From positions 1,063 to 65,062 of the forward strand of contig DZAX01000011.1 in NCBI GenBank assembly GCA_022729705.1: a stretch of 64,000 bases of DNA. Reading direction: 5' to 3'. How positions within the stretch are numbered: position 1 is the first letter of the stretch; the number at the start of each line of letters is the position of its first letter. The DNA comes from Helicobacter cetorum. Lineage in GTDB: Bacteria; Campylobacterota; Campylobacteria; Campylobacterales; UBA6016. Below, one piece after another: positions 45,709-54,975 of the stretch. Both the position numbers and the translations under genes were made by a program. Under the pieces are notes generated by a model that was not told the origin of the DNA, did not search any database, and worked only from the letters and a program-made list of their open reading frames with translations.

Positions 45709-47088
45709 ATGAGTAAAATAAACTTTTCTCTCTCAACTAAGATTTTAGCAAGCTTTATAGCGGCTATGTTGGCGGTATTTGCATACTTTGCATACTCCGT
45801 TGTAATAAGCGTAAAAGACGGTATGCTTATATCGGAAAAAGAAAAAGGAGCCTTGCTTCTTAGCTCGGTAGCTCCCGATATAGGTATGAGTCTCTATCTC
45901 GGGTTTGAAGCGCAAGGGGCGCAAAAAGCAAAAGAGCTTTTAGAGTATCAAGACGTTTTATCCATAGACGTAAAAACCGTAGACGGGCGCTCAATCGGAC
46001 ACTTCGAATCGCCAAGCACCGCAAGTGAGGATTTAAAAAGAGCGATAAGAATAAACAAAACAATCAAAGACAGTATAAGCGGCAAACAAATCGCCATCTT
46101 GGAGATGAACTACTCAAACAAAAACTACCAAAGATTGATTGATAATTTTAAAGAGCTTATTTTTAAGTTTGGAGCCATTTCGGCGCTTATTTTTATGTTT
46201 ACTCTTGTTTTTGTAAAATGGCTACTCTCTCCGCTCTCCACTATAGCCTCAAAGATGAGAGAGTATGTGCCGGGCAAAAACATAACTTTTGATAGAAATG
46301 AAAGCGACGACGAAATAGGCTCCATAATCACCTCTTTTAAAGCTATGCAGATCAATATAGACAGTTTTCTGGAGGAGATTAGAACAAAAGACGGCGAACT
46401 TATGCGTCAATCAAAACTAAAAGCGCTTATGGATATGATAAGCGCCGTGGCTCACCACTGGAGGCAACCTCTTAATGCGACAGGTATAATACTTCAAGAG
46501 TTTAGATATGCGCATAAATTTGGAGAGCTAAATGAGGCGTTTATTGAAAAAAATATAGAGATGGGGATGGGAATATTAAATGGTATGTCAAAAACCATTG
46601 ACGACTTTCGACTATTTTTTGCCTCAAATGAAAAAGAGGAGAGCGTAGACATCGGCAAAGCAAGCTCTGAAGCGATAGAGTCCTTAGCTAATCAGCCACT
46701 CTCCAAAGAGATAGCCATAAAAATACATGGAGATAATTTTTTTGTCACCGGACAAAAAGAGCTCCTAACAGACGTTATAGCGCAGGTAGTATCAAATGCA
46801 AAAGACGCTTTAAGCGAAAAAATAGCTAGCAACAAAGATTTTAAGGCTTTAATAACTATCTCGCTAAATTCCGATAAAAAAAGCTTTGAGTGCAGAGACA
46901 ACGGCGGAGGTATGAACGCCGAGGCTTTAGGAAGAGTTTTTGAGCCGTACTTTACCACAAAAGAGCAAGGCAAAGGCGTAGGTCTCGGTCTTTTTATGGC
47001 ACGCACAGTGATTGCAAATATGAACGGCAAACTCAGCGTATCAAATACGGACGACGGTTTTTCTGTGTTAATTGAGTTTGAGCACTAA
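45709..47088 (+). CDS. sensor histidine kinase
   Basis: 459 aa. Two TM segments, H box SAVAHHWRQPLN, N box SNAKDAL, G boxes RDNGGGM and GKGVGLGL. Confidence 0.85.
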   Translation: MSKINFSLSTKILASFIAAMLAVFAYFAYSVVISVKDGMLISEKEKGALLLSSVAPDIGMSLYLGFEAQGAQKAKELLEYQDVLSIDVKTVDGRSIGHFESPSTASEDLKRAIRINKTIKDSISGKQIAILEMNYSNKNYQRLIDNFKELIFKFGAISALIFMFTLVFVKWLLSPLSTIASKMREYVPGKNITFDRNESDDEIGSIITSFKAMQINIDSFLEEIRTKDGELMRQSKLKALMDMISAVAHHWRQPLNATGIILQEFRYAHKFGELNEAFIEKNIEMGMGILNGMSKTIDDFRLFFASNEKEESVDIGKASSEAIESLANQPLSKEIAIKIHGDNFFVTGQKELLTDVIAQVVSNAKDALSEKIASNKDFKALITISLNSDKKSFECRDNGGGMNAEALGRVFEPYFTTKEQGKGVGLGLFMARTVIANMNGKLSVSNTDDGFSVLIEFEH

Positions 47089-47115
47089 AAATCTCTTGTC
47101 GCTTTACATTTTTTT
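46874..47115 (+). repeat. left copy of a 242-bp perfect direct repeat (kinase 3' end plus 27 bp downstream)
   Basis: Identical base for base to 53243..53484. Confidence 0.95.
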
Positions 47116-47239
47116 AAAGGGTGACGAGGTTTAAAACTATTGATGTTTTGGAAAATAGAAACTGGTAAAATAGCGGCTGTTCCGATACCCAAACTACAAG
47201 CCCCGCAAACTCAGCGGGGCAAAACTCCATAAAACAAAC

Positions 47240-47268
47240 TTGACCTCATATATCCAATAAGATATAAT
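47240..47268 (+). promoter_or_regulatory. sigma70-type promoter of the TA pair (probably leaderless mRNA)
   Basis: TTGACC (47240..47245), 17-nt spacer, TATAAT (47263..47268). The ATG of the toxin gene begins 7 nt after the -10 box, and there is no RBS. Confidence 0.45.
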
Positions 47269-47274
47269 CTTGTT

Positions 47275-47619
47275 ATGAAACATTGGAATATCAACTACTT
47301 TTTTAATATCAACGGCAACTCACCAGTAAAAGAGTGGATTGATGAGTTGTCCGATGAATCGAAAGCGGAGATTTTCAAAGTTTTTGAGCTTTTAAAAAAG
47401 TACGGTATAGAGCTTGGATTGCCTTTTGTCAAGTGCCTTGAGAGCAAAATCTATGAAGTCAGAACAAAAGACAAATCCGGCATTTATCGGGTTTTGTATT
47501 TTGCTCATACGGATAGAACTTTTGTACTGCTTCACGGTTTTAAGAAGAAAACACAGGCTACGCCTAGAAAAGAGATTGATATAGCCATAAAAAGAATGAA
47601 AGAGGTACAAAATGGATGA
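47275..47619 (+). CDS. RelE/HigB-type (Gp49-like) toxin
   Basis: 114 aa. PVKEWIDEL..., KIYEVRTKDKSGIYRVLYF..., FVLLHGFKKKTQATPRKEIDIA is the Gp49/HigB-like toxin pattern. The toxin-first order and 8-nt overlap with the antitoxin gene fit HigBA. Confidence 0.75.
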   Translation: MKHWNINYFFNINGNSPVKEWIDELSDESKAEIFKVFELLKKYGIELGLPFVKCLESKIYEVRTKDKSGIYRVLYFAHTDRTFVLLHGFKKKTQATPRKEIDIAIKRMKEVQNG

Positions 47620-47884
47620 TTTTCAAAAACACCTGCAAGAGTCCTTGAAGGACGAAGCGTTTAGAGCCGAGTATGAAGCCAAAGAGCTAAGATATAAGGT
47701 AATAGACATTTTGGTGGGGCTAAGAATCCAATACAAACTAACGCAAGCCGAACTAGCAAAAAAACTAGGGACGACGCAAACGGTAGTGAGCCGAATAGAA
47801 AACGGTAGCGTTAATGTTGGAATCGACTTTTTGCAAAAATTGGGTACGGCTTTTGGTAAGAAGGTAGAGATAAAGGTAGGCTAA
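47612..47884 (+). CDS. XRE-family HTH antitoxin
   Basis: 90 aa. HTH LTQAELAKKLGTTQTVVSRIENG. Confidence 0.75.
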   Translation: MDDFQKHLQESLKDEAFRAEYEAKELRYKVIDILVGLRIQYKLTQAELAKKLGTTQTVVSRIENGSVNVGIDFLQKLGTAFGKKVEIKVG

Positions 47885-48109
47885 TCGGCTGCCATGTAGT
47901 ATAAAAAGTGAAGATTGAATACCTAACCCCGAAATTTATATACCACTTGAGGTTTTGGTGGGCGATAAGCAGGGGTTGGAATTTGCCAAGTGAGTATGTG
48001 CAAAAAATAGCCTGTCCCCGTTTCCTAAACAACTACACAAAAAATAAGATAGAAAACTATGAGGGGTATTATAGTTTTTGAGTTCAGAGGAGTTTGATTC
48101 TAAACGATT

Positions 48110-48372
48110 GTGGATGATGGTCAAAAAACGATACGAGAGATTGAATCAGAAGATGGATGTTTGATATTTGATGACACGGTTCAAGAAAAAGCATGGACGG
48201 ATGAGAGTGAAATGATGTGCTATCATTTTGATCATACCAAAGGGCGGAGTGTCAAGGGGTTAAATATTTTAAATGCCCTCTATCATAGTAATGATACCGC
48301 CATGCGTAGCCTATGAAATTGTTCGTAAGCCCATTCATTTTTGTGACCTAGAAACCAAACAAACTCCCGCTT
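48110..48372 (+). pseudogene. internal fragment of a DDE (IS4/IS701-like) transposase, frameshifted and truncated
   Basis: The 68-aa piece ...LIFDDTVQEKAWTDESEMMCYHFDHTKGRSVKGLNILNALYHS carries the DDE first-Asp region. It continues in another frame (IPPCVAYEIVRKPIHFCDLETKQ) and runs into the res 3' end. A stop lies immediately upstream at 48101. Confidence 0.6.
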
Positions 48373-51251
48373 AAAGAACTCTCGTTTATCTTAGCACTCC
48401 TTGCAATATCCTCCATATCCGCACCGCTTTTTTGAAGGCTGTAAAACTGTGTTTCTCCCAAAAGTAAGTAGCTCCAAGTTTTGGACTCTCTTGAATCTTC
48501 ATCAAGTGCATTTATGCGACGGATAAAATCTAAAGTTGCCCGTTGTTTTTGCTTGACATTGACATCTTTTAAATCTTTGTCCGATTTTGTCTCCACCAAA
48601 TAGATATTTGTTGCAGTTTCAATCATAAAATCAGGATAGTAACTAGCCATCAATCCATCATCTCTAAAATAGCTAATCGTTGCAAAATCGTGTTTGAACT
48701 CTAAAATTTTGATAAATTTCAGCACCTTGCTATCTTTGTCTAAAAACTCTAAAAATGCTTTTTCAAATCCCCCTTTATTGGATGGATATGATGTTTTTTC
48801 GTAGATTGTTTTTTGTAAATCTAGCGAAAAATTTGCCCTCATATTCAAACTACTAATCTTTGAAAAATAGATTTTATTTACAAGAGGTTTTATATAAGTT
48901 GTACTATTTTGCATATTGTAAATAAGTCTATGTATCTCATTGGTAATATGTGTTGTGATATTTGCATTTTTGAGCATCAAAACTCGCCAACTCTCATCTA
49001 CAAAAGGATTGAACTCTTGTCCAAAAAGTTTTGTTCTTATATATTTATCCAAAACTCCTAAAAGTTGGGGTTGATATATTTGCATTGATGGCAAGGCTCG
49101 ATTATGTCCTCGCACTTTTAATTGCCCCATTTTATGCGTTAAAATTTCTAAAATCTTTTGCAGATACTCGTTGTAGCTATTAGCTGTAAACAGATCCGCA
49201 CTTATCATATAATCGCCAAAAGTTGTTTTAACCGTTAGCTCTTCAGAGTGAAAAACCTCGCCTTTTGTAGTCCATGATTTAAGCTGTTCCAAACTATGGC
49301 ACAAGTATGGCGGAAGTGCATTTACATCAAACTCAGGTGCGTTTAACTCCTCCTCTTCATCTTTGACTATCTCCAAAAATGCCATGTCATAATCTTCATA
49401 GTTCTCTTTGAGCCCCACTTTTATCATGTCGCCCGTAGAAGTTCCCTCTTTTAACTCATTTTCATCAAAACCAAACTCATCCTCAGAGAGTAAATCCCTG
49501 TAAAACTGGCTAAAAGCAGGATGTTCGATGATGCTCAAAACATCCAAATAAGAGCTAGGACTTAGTTTGTCTTTTAAAACTCTTTGTCTATTTTCTCGTT
49601 TTTCATCTTCAAATTCAGCTCCTCGATACATAAGTCGAAGCCCTCGACCGATAGTTTGCTCCAATAAAATCGAAGATTGATTTGACCTAAGTGGCACAAT
49701 CACACAAACATTTGATACATCAAATCCCTCTTTGAGCATCAAAACAGAAATTACAACTTTTGGATTTTCATAAATATCAAGATTAAAAAGTTTTTGTTTT
49801 AAACTAGCCCATTCCTCTTTTGGTATTTCTCCATTTTTTTTAGAATGAACTCCCATAAACTCATCATTTTTAAAACCTATCTCAATCAAAAAATCTTCTA
49901 CAAATCTTACAACTTCCGTATCTTCACACATGATAAGCATTTTTGGATGTTTTGGATTATCAAGTTTTGAAAAATCTTTTTCTAAAATATTTAGTTTCGT
50001 AAGTCCAGCTTGTATCATTATTCTTTGACCATCACTTAGACCTATCACTTTATTTGAGCCTTCATCTCTTAGGGCTTTAAAGTCTAACTCCAAAGTAGAT
50101 AACTCTTTTCTTTTATCAATAGTTATTATTTTTACCAAACCATCTTTTATGGCACTATTCAAATCAAAATCTACGACGACATGAGGGAAATAGTGTTTAG
50201 CTCTTTTTTCTCCGCTTCCCGTCGTGTCGTAAGGGGTTGCTGAAAAATCTATTTGAATAAACTTACTTCCTTTATTTTTGGCTATAAAATTTAAAGATTT
50301 TTGCCACTCAACCTCTTGAATTTCTCCTGCAGATTTATTTTCGTGGATATGATGGGCTTCATCATTCATAACTACCAAATCATCAAGCCCAGCTAAAAAC
50401 TCTATTTCTCCACCACTAAAATAAGCATTATCAAGAGATTCCAAACTATTTCCTGCCGAAGTTCCAGGTCGTGCTGGAAAAATATCTGCAATCACACCAC
50501 TTGGGTCATCAAGTGGGCTTATCTCCTCAGCTTCTTCTTTCCCCATAAACAAATGCCAATTTGAAATAACCAACATCCCATCACTTGTAATTTTTTTGCC
50601 TATTTCATCTTTCGTTACAACACTTGAAGATAAAAAAGCTTTGATTGTCATCTCATATTTCCCGGATACAAAAAGCTCTTTGTTTTTAAATATATCACTT
50701 GTGTTTACATCACGGCTTCCATCAACTCTTTGTTTGCCCATATAGCTATCAAGCAATCTTTCATATACGATAAGCCCAGGAGCTATAAGCAAAAAGTTTT
50801 TTGAGTATCTTCCACGTTTTTCTTTTTCGCTTCTTGCATTGAGGTATTGCCAAATAAAAAGTGCGTTCATAACCCAAGTTTTTCCGGTACCTGTTGCCAT
50901 TTTCATACCGTATTTTGGGATATTGTATTTCTCTTTTGTTAGAAGTTCGGAGTTTAGTTTTAGTATAAGTTCTTTGTCGCACTTTTCATAAATCTCTAAA
51001 ACTGAACTTACTTTTAATATCTCATGTAGATAAATAGTATTTAAAATAGCTTGTTTTTGCCCTCTATGAAAATTTATCTCTCTCTGGCTTATATGCGGTT
51101 CACAAAACCAAAACTTGATTAAATCCGCCGTTGTAGGGGTCGCAAGAGTTAAAAACTCTCCACTTTCCCAAAGTTCATTTACTATTTTTGAGATACTTTG
51201 AGCTAGCTTTAGAGGAGTTTCACCTGTTAGAGTATTTATAGAAGTTGCCAT
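48348..51251 (-). CDS. res: type III restriction enzyme Res subunit
   Basis: 967 aa. SF2 helicase motifs (MATGTGKT, MNDEAHHI, SATP, TIGRGLR) and a C-terminal PD-(D/E)xK-like YYPDFMIE...YLVETK. Confidence 0.9.
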   Translation of the reverse strand: MATSINTLTGETPLKLAQSISKIVNELWESGEFLTLATPTTADLIKFWFCEPHISQREINFHRGQKQAILNTIYLHEILKVSSVLEIYEKCDKELILKLNSELLTKEKYNIPKYGMKMATGTGKTWVMNALFIWQYLNARSEKEKRGRYSKNFLLIAPGLIVYERLLDSYMGKQRVDGSRDVNTSDIFKNKELFVSGKYEMTIKAFLSSSVVTKDEIGKKITSDGMLVISNWHLFMGKEEAEEISPLDDPSGVIADIFPARPGTSAGNSLESLDNAYFSGGEIEFLAGLDDLVVMNDEAHHIHENKSAGEIQEVEWQKSLNFIAKNKGSKFIQIDFSATPYDTTGSGEKRAKHYFPHVVVDFDLNSAIKDGLVKIITIDKRKELSTLELDFKALRDEGSNKVIGLSDGQRIMIQAGLTKLNILEKDFSKLDNPKHPKMLIMCEDTEVVRFVEDFLIEIGFKNDEFMGVHSKKNGEIPKEEWASLKQKLFNLDIYENPKVVISVLMLKEGFDVSNVCVIVPLRSNQSSILLEQTIGRGLRLMYRGAEFEDEKRENRQRVLKDKLSPSSYLDVLSIIEHPAFSQFYRDLLSEDEFGFDENELKEGTSTGDMIKVGLKENYEDYDMAFLEIVKDEEEELNAPEFDVNALPPYLCHSLEQLKSWTTKGEVFHSEELTVKTTFGDYMISADLFTANSYNEYLQKILEILTHKMGQLKVRGHNRALPSMQIYQPQLLGVLDKYIRTKLFGQEFNPFVDESWRVLMLKNANITTHITNEIHRLIYNMQNSTTYIKPLVNKIYFSKISSLNMRANFSLDLQKTIYEKTSYPSNKGGFEKAFLEFLDKDSKVLKFIKILEFKHDFATISYFRDDGLMASYYPDFMIETATNIYLVETKSDKDLKDVNVKQKQRATLDFIRRINALDEDSRESKTWSYLLLGETQFYSLQKSGADMEDIARSAKINESSLSGSLFGF

Positions 51252-51252
51252 T

Positions 51253-53208
51253 TTACACCTCCTCTTTTACCATAGATTCAAAACCAAAAACATCAACTGC
51301 TTTGACACAAACGACTCTTTTATCTTTTCGCGCAACCATGATTTTTGCACTATAAATCACATGAAGAGGGTCACCGTCATTTGCCGTGTTTTCTCTGTAA
51401 TCTTGCCATTTGCTTCTAAAGGTCACGCCGTCATAATCAGGGTCGATACTCCAATACTCAATAAGTGCCAACGGGTCAGTTGCCATAAGTTTTTGAAGTG
51501 CTTTTTTATCGTCATCATCAAGGGGAATATTATCAGGGCTTAAAAGTATGTAATTATCAAGGCTTATTTGTAACTCTTCAAGTTCGCTGTCATAGACTTT
51601 TTTCTCTATTGGTTTGATAACTAGATATTGCAACGAGCTAAATCTGATTTTGCCACTATCAACTAGTTTTTTATAAGTAGCTTTTGATTTGAGTTTATCA
51701 AGTAAATCAGGTGGAATAACCAAAACTTCAAGCTTTGAATCATTTAGTTCATTGATAGCACTACTTATATCGTATGCAAAATTCCACCCTAAAACTACAA
51801 CTTTTTCCCAACCACCTAAGAAGTTATCCCTTAACTCAATAGCTTTTTTCAAAGTAGCAAATCCAGTCATCTTGCTGGGACTATCTACAAAAACCAAAGT
51901 TTTTTTATCTTTGATATATCCCAAATTTTGCGGATGTTCATCTCCAAATCCTAAAGCCCCGCTTCCGCTCTCATCGCTAAAAAGTGAAATCACAACTTGA
52001 GATAAATCTCCGATTCGTTTATAAAGTTTGCTACTTTCAAATGCCTCTTTTTGATAATCGCCGATAGATTGATATAAAAACGGTTTCACTTCATTGTCAA
52101 TCAGCCTTTTTCTTTGTACCATAATAGAGGGTTTGCCAATGTCGGAGCTTATCCATCTGCGACCAAGCTTTTCAGCAACGGCGGCAGTTGTACCGCTTCC
52201 ACCGAAAAAATCGGCAATAATTGAGTTTTCATTTGATGAGGCTTTTATTATTCGTTCTACTAATTTTGATGGTTTTTGTGTTATGTATCCAACAAGTTCA
52301 TTTCTCCATGATGATACATTTGAAATATCTGTCCAAAAATCTTCTGGAATCTTCCCTTTTTCATGTCTTTCTAGTTGTTCCTCTTCATTATAATCCTTTT
52401 TTCCATGTACTCCTCTAGCATTTGTAAAGTCAGCTTTGTAAGCAATACGGATATCATCTGCATTAAAAACAAAATTGTTTGTTTTTGCATATCTGAATAT
52501 AACATCATGTTTTTTTGGAAAATCCTTATTTGCAGGACTTGGACCAGTATAACACCAAACAATCTCATTCCTAAAATTCTCTTTTCCAAAAATATCATCA
52601 AGCAAAATTTTCACATAATGCCCCACATGCCAATCAATATGCACATATATTGAGCCTTTTTCACTTAAAAGTTCTCTCATCAAAGCAAGTCGTGGATATA
52701 TCATTTTAAGATAACTAACCGTTCCATCTTTCCAAGTATCAGCATAAGCAAACTGTTCTATTACCGTTGGTTTTTGATTTAGATTTACATTTGGTAGAGT
52801 GATTTTTGTCCGATAATCAGCCTTTGAGTCAAACGGTGGGTCGATATAGATTAAGTCGATTTTCCCTCTCATACTTTCAAGTCCACTTGCACTATCACCG
52901 GCAAGAAGTCCTTGTATCACCAAGATATTATCCCCATAAATCAGCCTATTTTTCCAAGCATTTTCATCCTCAATAGTTGGTAACTCTCCACGAAAAAGTC
53001 CGCTTATATCTTTGCTAGGCAAAACTAGCTCATTGGTTTGTAAAGCCAAAGCATTTCCGCTATTGATTCGCTCAAGTATTCGAGCCGCTTCAGCACGCCC
53101 CTCTTTTACTATTTTTGGTAACTCTTCTATTAGTGATAAAGGCATAATTTCCCTCTTTTTACTTTTAAATAACTCAACTTTCGCACATAACCCCAGCTCC
53201 AAATTCAT
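51253..53208 (-). CDS. mod: type III DNA methyltransferase Mod subunit (N6-adenine)
   Basis: 651 aa. Motif [11 protein letters not shown] and SAM-binding [12 protein letters not shown]. Lies 1 nt upstream of res. Confidence 0.9.
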   Translation of the reverse strand: MNLELGLCAKVELFKSKKREIMPLSLIEELPKIVKEGRAEAARILERINSGNALALQTNELVLPSKDISGLFRGELPTIEDENAWKNRLIYGDNILVIQGLLAGDSASGLESMRGKIDLIYIDPPFDSKADYRTKITLPNVNLNQKPTVIEQFAYADTWKDGTVSYLKMIYPRLALMRELLSEKGSIYVHIDWHVGHYVKILLDDIFGKENFRNEIVWCYTGPSPANKDFPKKHDVIFRYAKTNNFVFNADDIRIAYKADFTNARGVHGKKDYNEEEQLERHEKGKIPEDFWTDISNVSSWRNELVGYITQKPSKLVERIIKASSNENSIIADFFGGSGTTAAVAEKLGRRWISSDIGKPSIMVQRKRLIDNEVKPFLYQSIGDYQKEAFESSKLYKRIGDLSQVVISLFSDESGSGALGFGDEHPQNLGYIKDKKTLVFVDSPSKMTGFATLKKAIELRDNFLGGWEKVVVLGWNFAYDISSAINELNDSKLEVLVIPPDLLDKLKSKATYKKLVDSGKIRFSSLQYLVIKPIEKKVYDSELEELQISLDNYILLSPDNIPLDDDDKKALQKLMATDPLALIEYWSIDPDYDGVTFRSKWQDYRENTANDGDPLHVIYSAKIMVARKDKRVVCVKAVDVFGFESMVKEEV

Positions 53209-53242
53209 TCAAACAATCTAGCTAACAATCTATAAAAGCCTC

Positions 53243-53457
53243 ATAAAAAAAGCTTTGAGTGCAGAGACAACGGCGGAGGTATGAACGCCGAGGCTTTAGG
53301 AAGAGTTTTTGAGCCGTACTTTACCACAAAAGAGCAAGGCAAAGGCGTAGGTCTCGGTCTTTTTATGGCACGCACAGTGATTGCAAATATGAACGGCAAA
53401 CTCAGCGTATCAAATACGGACGACGGTTTTTCTGTGTTAATTGAGTTTGAGCACTAA
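53243..53457 (+). pseudogene. orphan 3' fragment (last ~70 codons) of the histidine kinase gene
   Basis: Same sequence as 46874..47088 including the stop, but with no upstream reading frame. Confidence 0.85.
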
Positions 53458-53484
53458 AAATCTCTTGTCGCTTTACATTTTTTT
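53243..53484 (+). repeat. right copy of the 242-bp perfect direct repeat
   Basis: Identical to 46874..47115. It is followed by one extra T in the T run. Confidence 0.95.
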
Positions 53485-53806
53485 TATTTACTCATCTTTC
53501 GCACCTAATTTTAAGCGGTATGCCTTATGAAATCGCAGTTAAGTAGGGCATTATAGAAATATATTCAACACTACTTGACACTGATACTAACTTTTTTAAA
53601 ACCCCTATTTAAAGGCTTTAAAAAGAGAGAAAAAATCTATCAATAGATTTTGTGCTACTCTTTTAAAAGGAATGGTACAACGTGGTAAAACTTGGCGCTT
53701 AAACAAAAACCTCCTCTCCCATATAACCTTAAAACCGCTATAATTACCCAAAAACTACGGCTATGCAATCAAACGCCACAAGCAAACAATAGGGAAAAAC
53801 CAAAAC

Positions 53807-54937
53807 ATGAGCAATAGAATCTTTCTCTCCCCTCCGCACATGGGCGGCAATGAAACCAAATACATACAAGAGGCGTTTGACGCAAACTATATCTCTTCTG
53901 TGGGCGAGCAGCTATCTAGGTTTGAGGGGTCGATTTGCGCTTTTACGGGTGCAAAGTATGCGGTGGCTCTTACTAGCGGCACGGCGGCTATTCATTTGGC
54001 TTTGCGCGCCGTTGGGGTGAAGGACGGGGATGAGGTGTTTAGCTCCTCTTTTACTTTTATTGGTGGGGTGGCTCCTATTTTGTATGAGCGTTGTACGCCG
54101 TTTTTTATCGACTCGGATGAGGATAGTTGGAATCTTGACCCATTACTGCTCCTTGAAGAGTTGGAGAGTCGTAAAAAAAGCGGGGCGAAAATGCCAAAAG
54201 CGCTTATTTTGGCTCACCTCTACGGACAAGCGGCGAGAATAGAGGAGATACAGGAGATAACGCACAAATACGGCATATACACAATTGAAGATGCGGCGGA
54301 ATCGCTTGGTGCGACGGTTGGGGGTAAGCAGACGGGGACGTTTGGCAAGGTCGGCATATACTCTTTTAACGGTAATAAGATTATCACGACTAGCGGCGGC
54401 GGTATGCTTGTCACGGATAGCGAGAGGGTGGCTTCTCAGGCTAGATTTTTGTCTACACAGGCAAAAGAGCCGTTTTTGCACTACGAACATAATACATTTG
54501 GCTACAACTACCGTATGAGCAATGTGGTGGCGGCTATTGGGCGCGGGCAGATGGAAGTTTTGCCGCATCGCATAGAGAGAAGACGGGAGATTTTTGCGCT
54601 TTACAAAGAGATGTTAAAAGATGTGCCGGAGATAAAATTTATGCCTGAAGTCGCAAAAAGTAAAGGTAATAGATGGCTAACGACTTTTTATTTGGATGAA
54701 AAGCTAAAAACAATGCCGCGCGACATAATAAAAGCTCTTGAAGAGAGAAACATAGAGTCTCGACCACTATGGAAGCCGATGCACGCCCAACCTGTTTTCA
54801 AAGACGCGCCACGCCGCGTCAACGGCTTTTCGGATATGCTTTTTGAGAGAGGATTATGCTTGCCATCGGGCTCTTCAATGAGTGATGAAGACGTGGCTTT
54901 GGTTGCAAAAATTGTGCTTGGTGTAATCAAAAAATGA
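53807..54937 (+). CDS. pglE: DegT/DnrJ/EryC1-family sugar aminotransferase, PglE-like
   Basis: 376 aa. FLSPPHMGGNETKYI, NGNKIITTSGGGMLV, HYEHNTFGYNYRMSNV, RPLWKPMHAQPVFK and CLPSGSSMSDEDV closely follow the Campylobacter PglE sequence as I recall it. Confidence 0.6.
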   Translation: MSNRIFLSPPHMGGNETKYIQEAFDANYISSVGEQLSRFEGSICAFTGAKYAVALTSGTAAIHLALRAVGVKDGDEVFSSSFTFIGGVAPILYERCTPFFIDSDEDSWNLDPLLLLEELESRKKSGAKMPKALILAHLYGQAARIEEIQEITHKYGIYTIEDAAESLGATVGGKQTGTFGKVGIYSFNGNKIITTSGGGMLVTDSERVASQARFLSTQAKEPFLHYEHNTFGYNYRMSNVVAAIGRGQMEVLPHRIERRREIFALYKEMLKDVPEIKFMPEVAKSKGNRWLTTFYLDEKLKTMPRDIIKALEERNIESRPLWKPMHAQPVFKDAPRRVNGFSDMLFERGLCLPSGSSMSDEDVALVAKIVLGVIKK

Positions 54938-54975
54938 GCAAACAATAAAAGTTTTGTTAATCAGAGGTGGTTTCG

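Noticed and set aside
51253-53208. Simple-sequence or homopolymer tract in the type III mod gene (phase-variable mod genes are common)
   Set aside because: I read the gene for poly-G/C runs and short tandem repeats and found none of notable length. There is no evidence for a phasevarion here.
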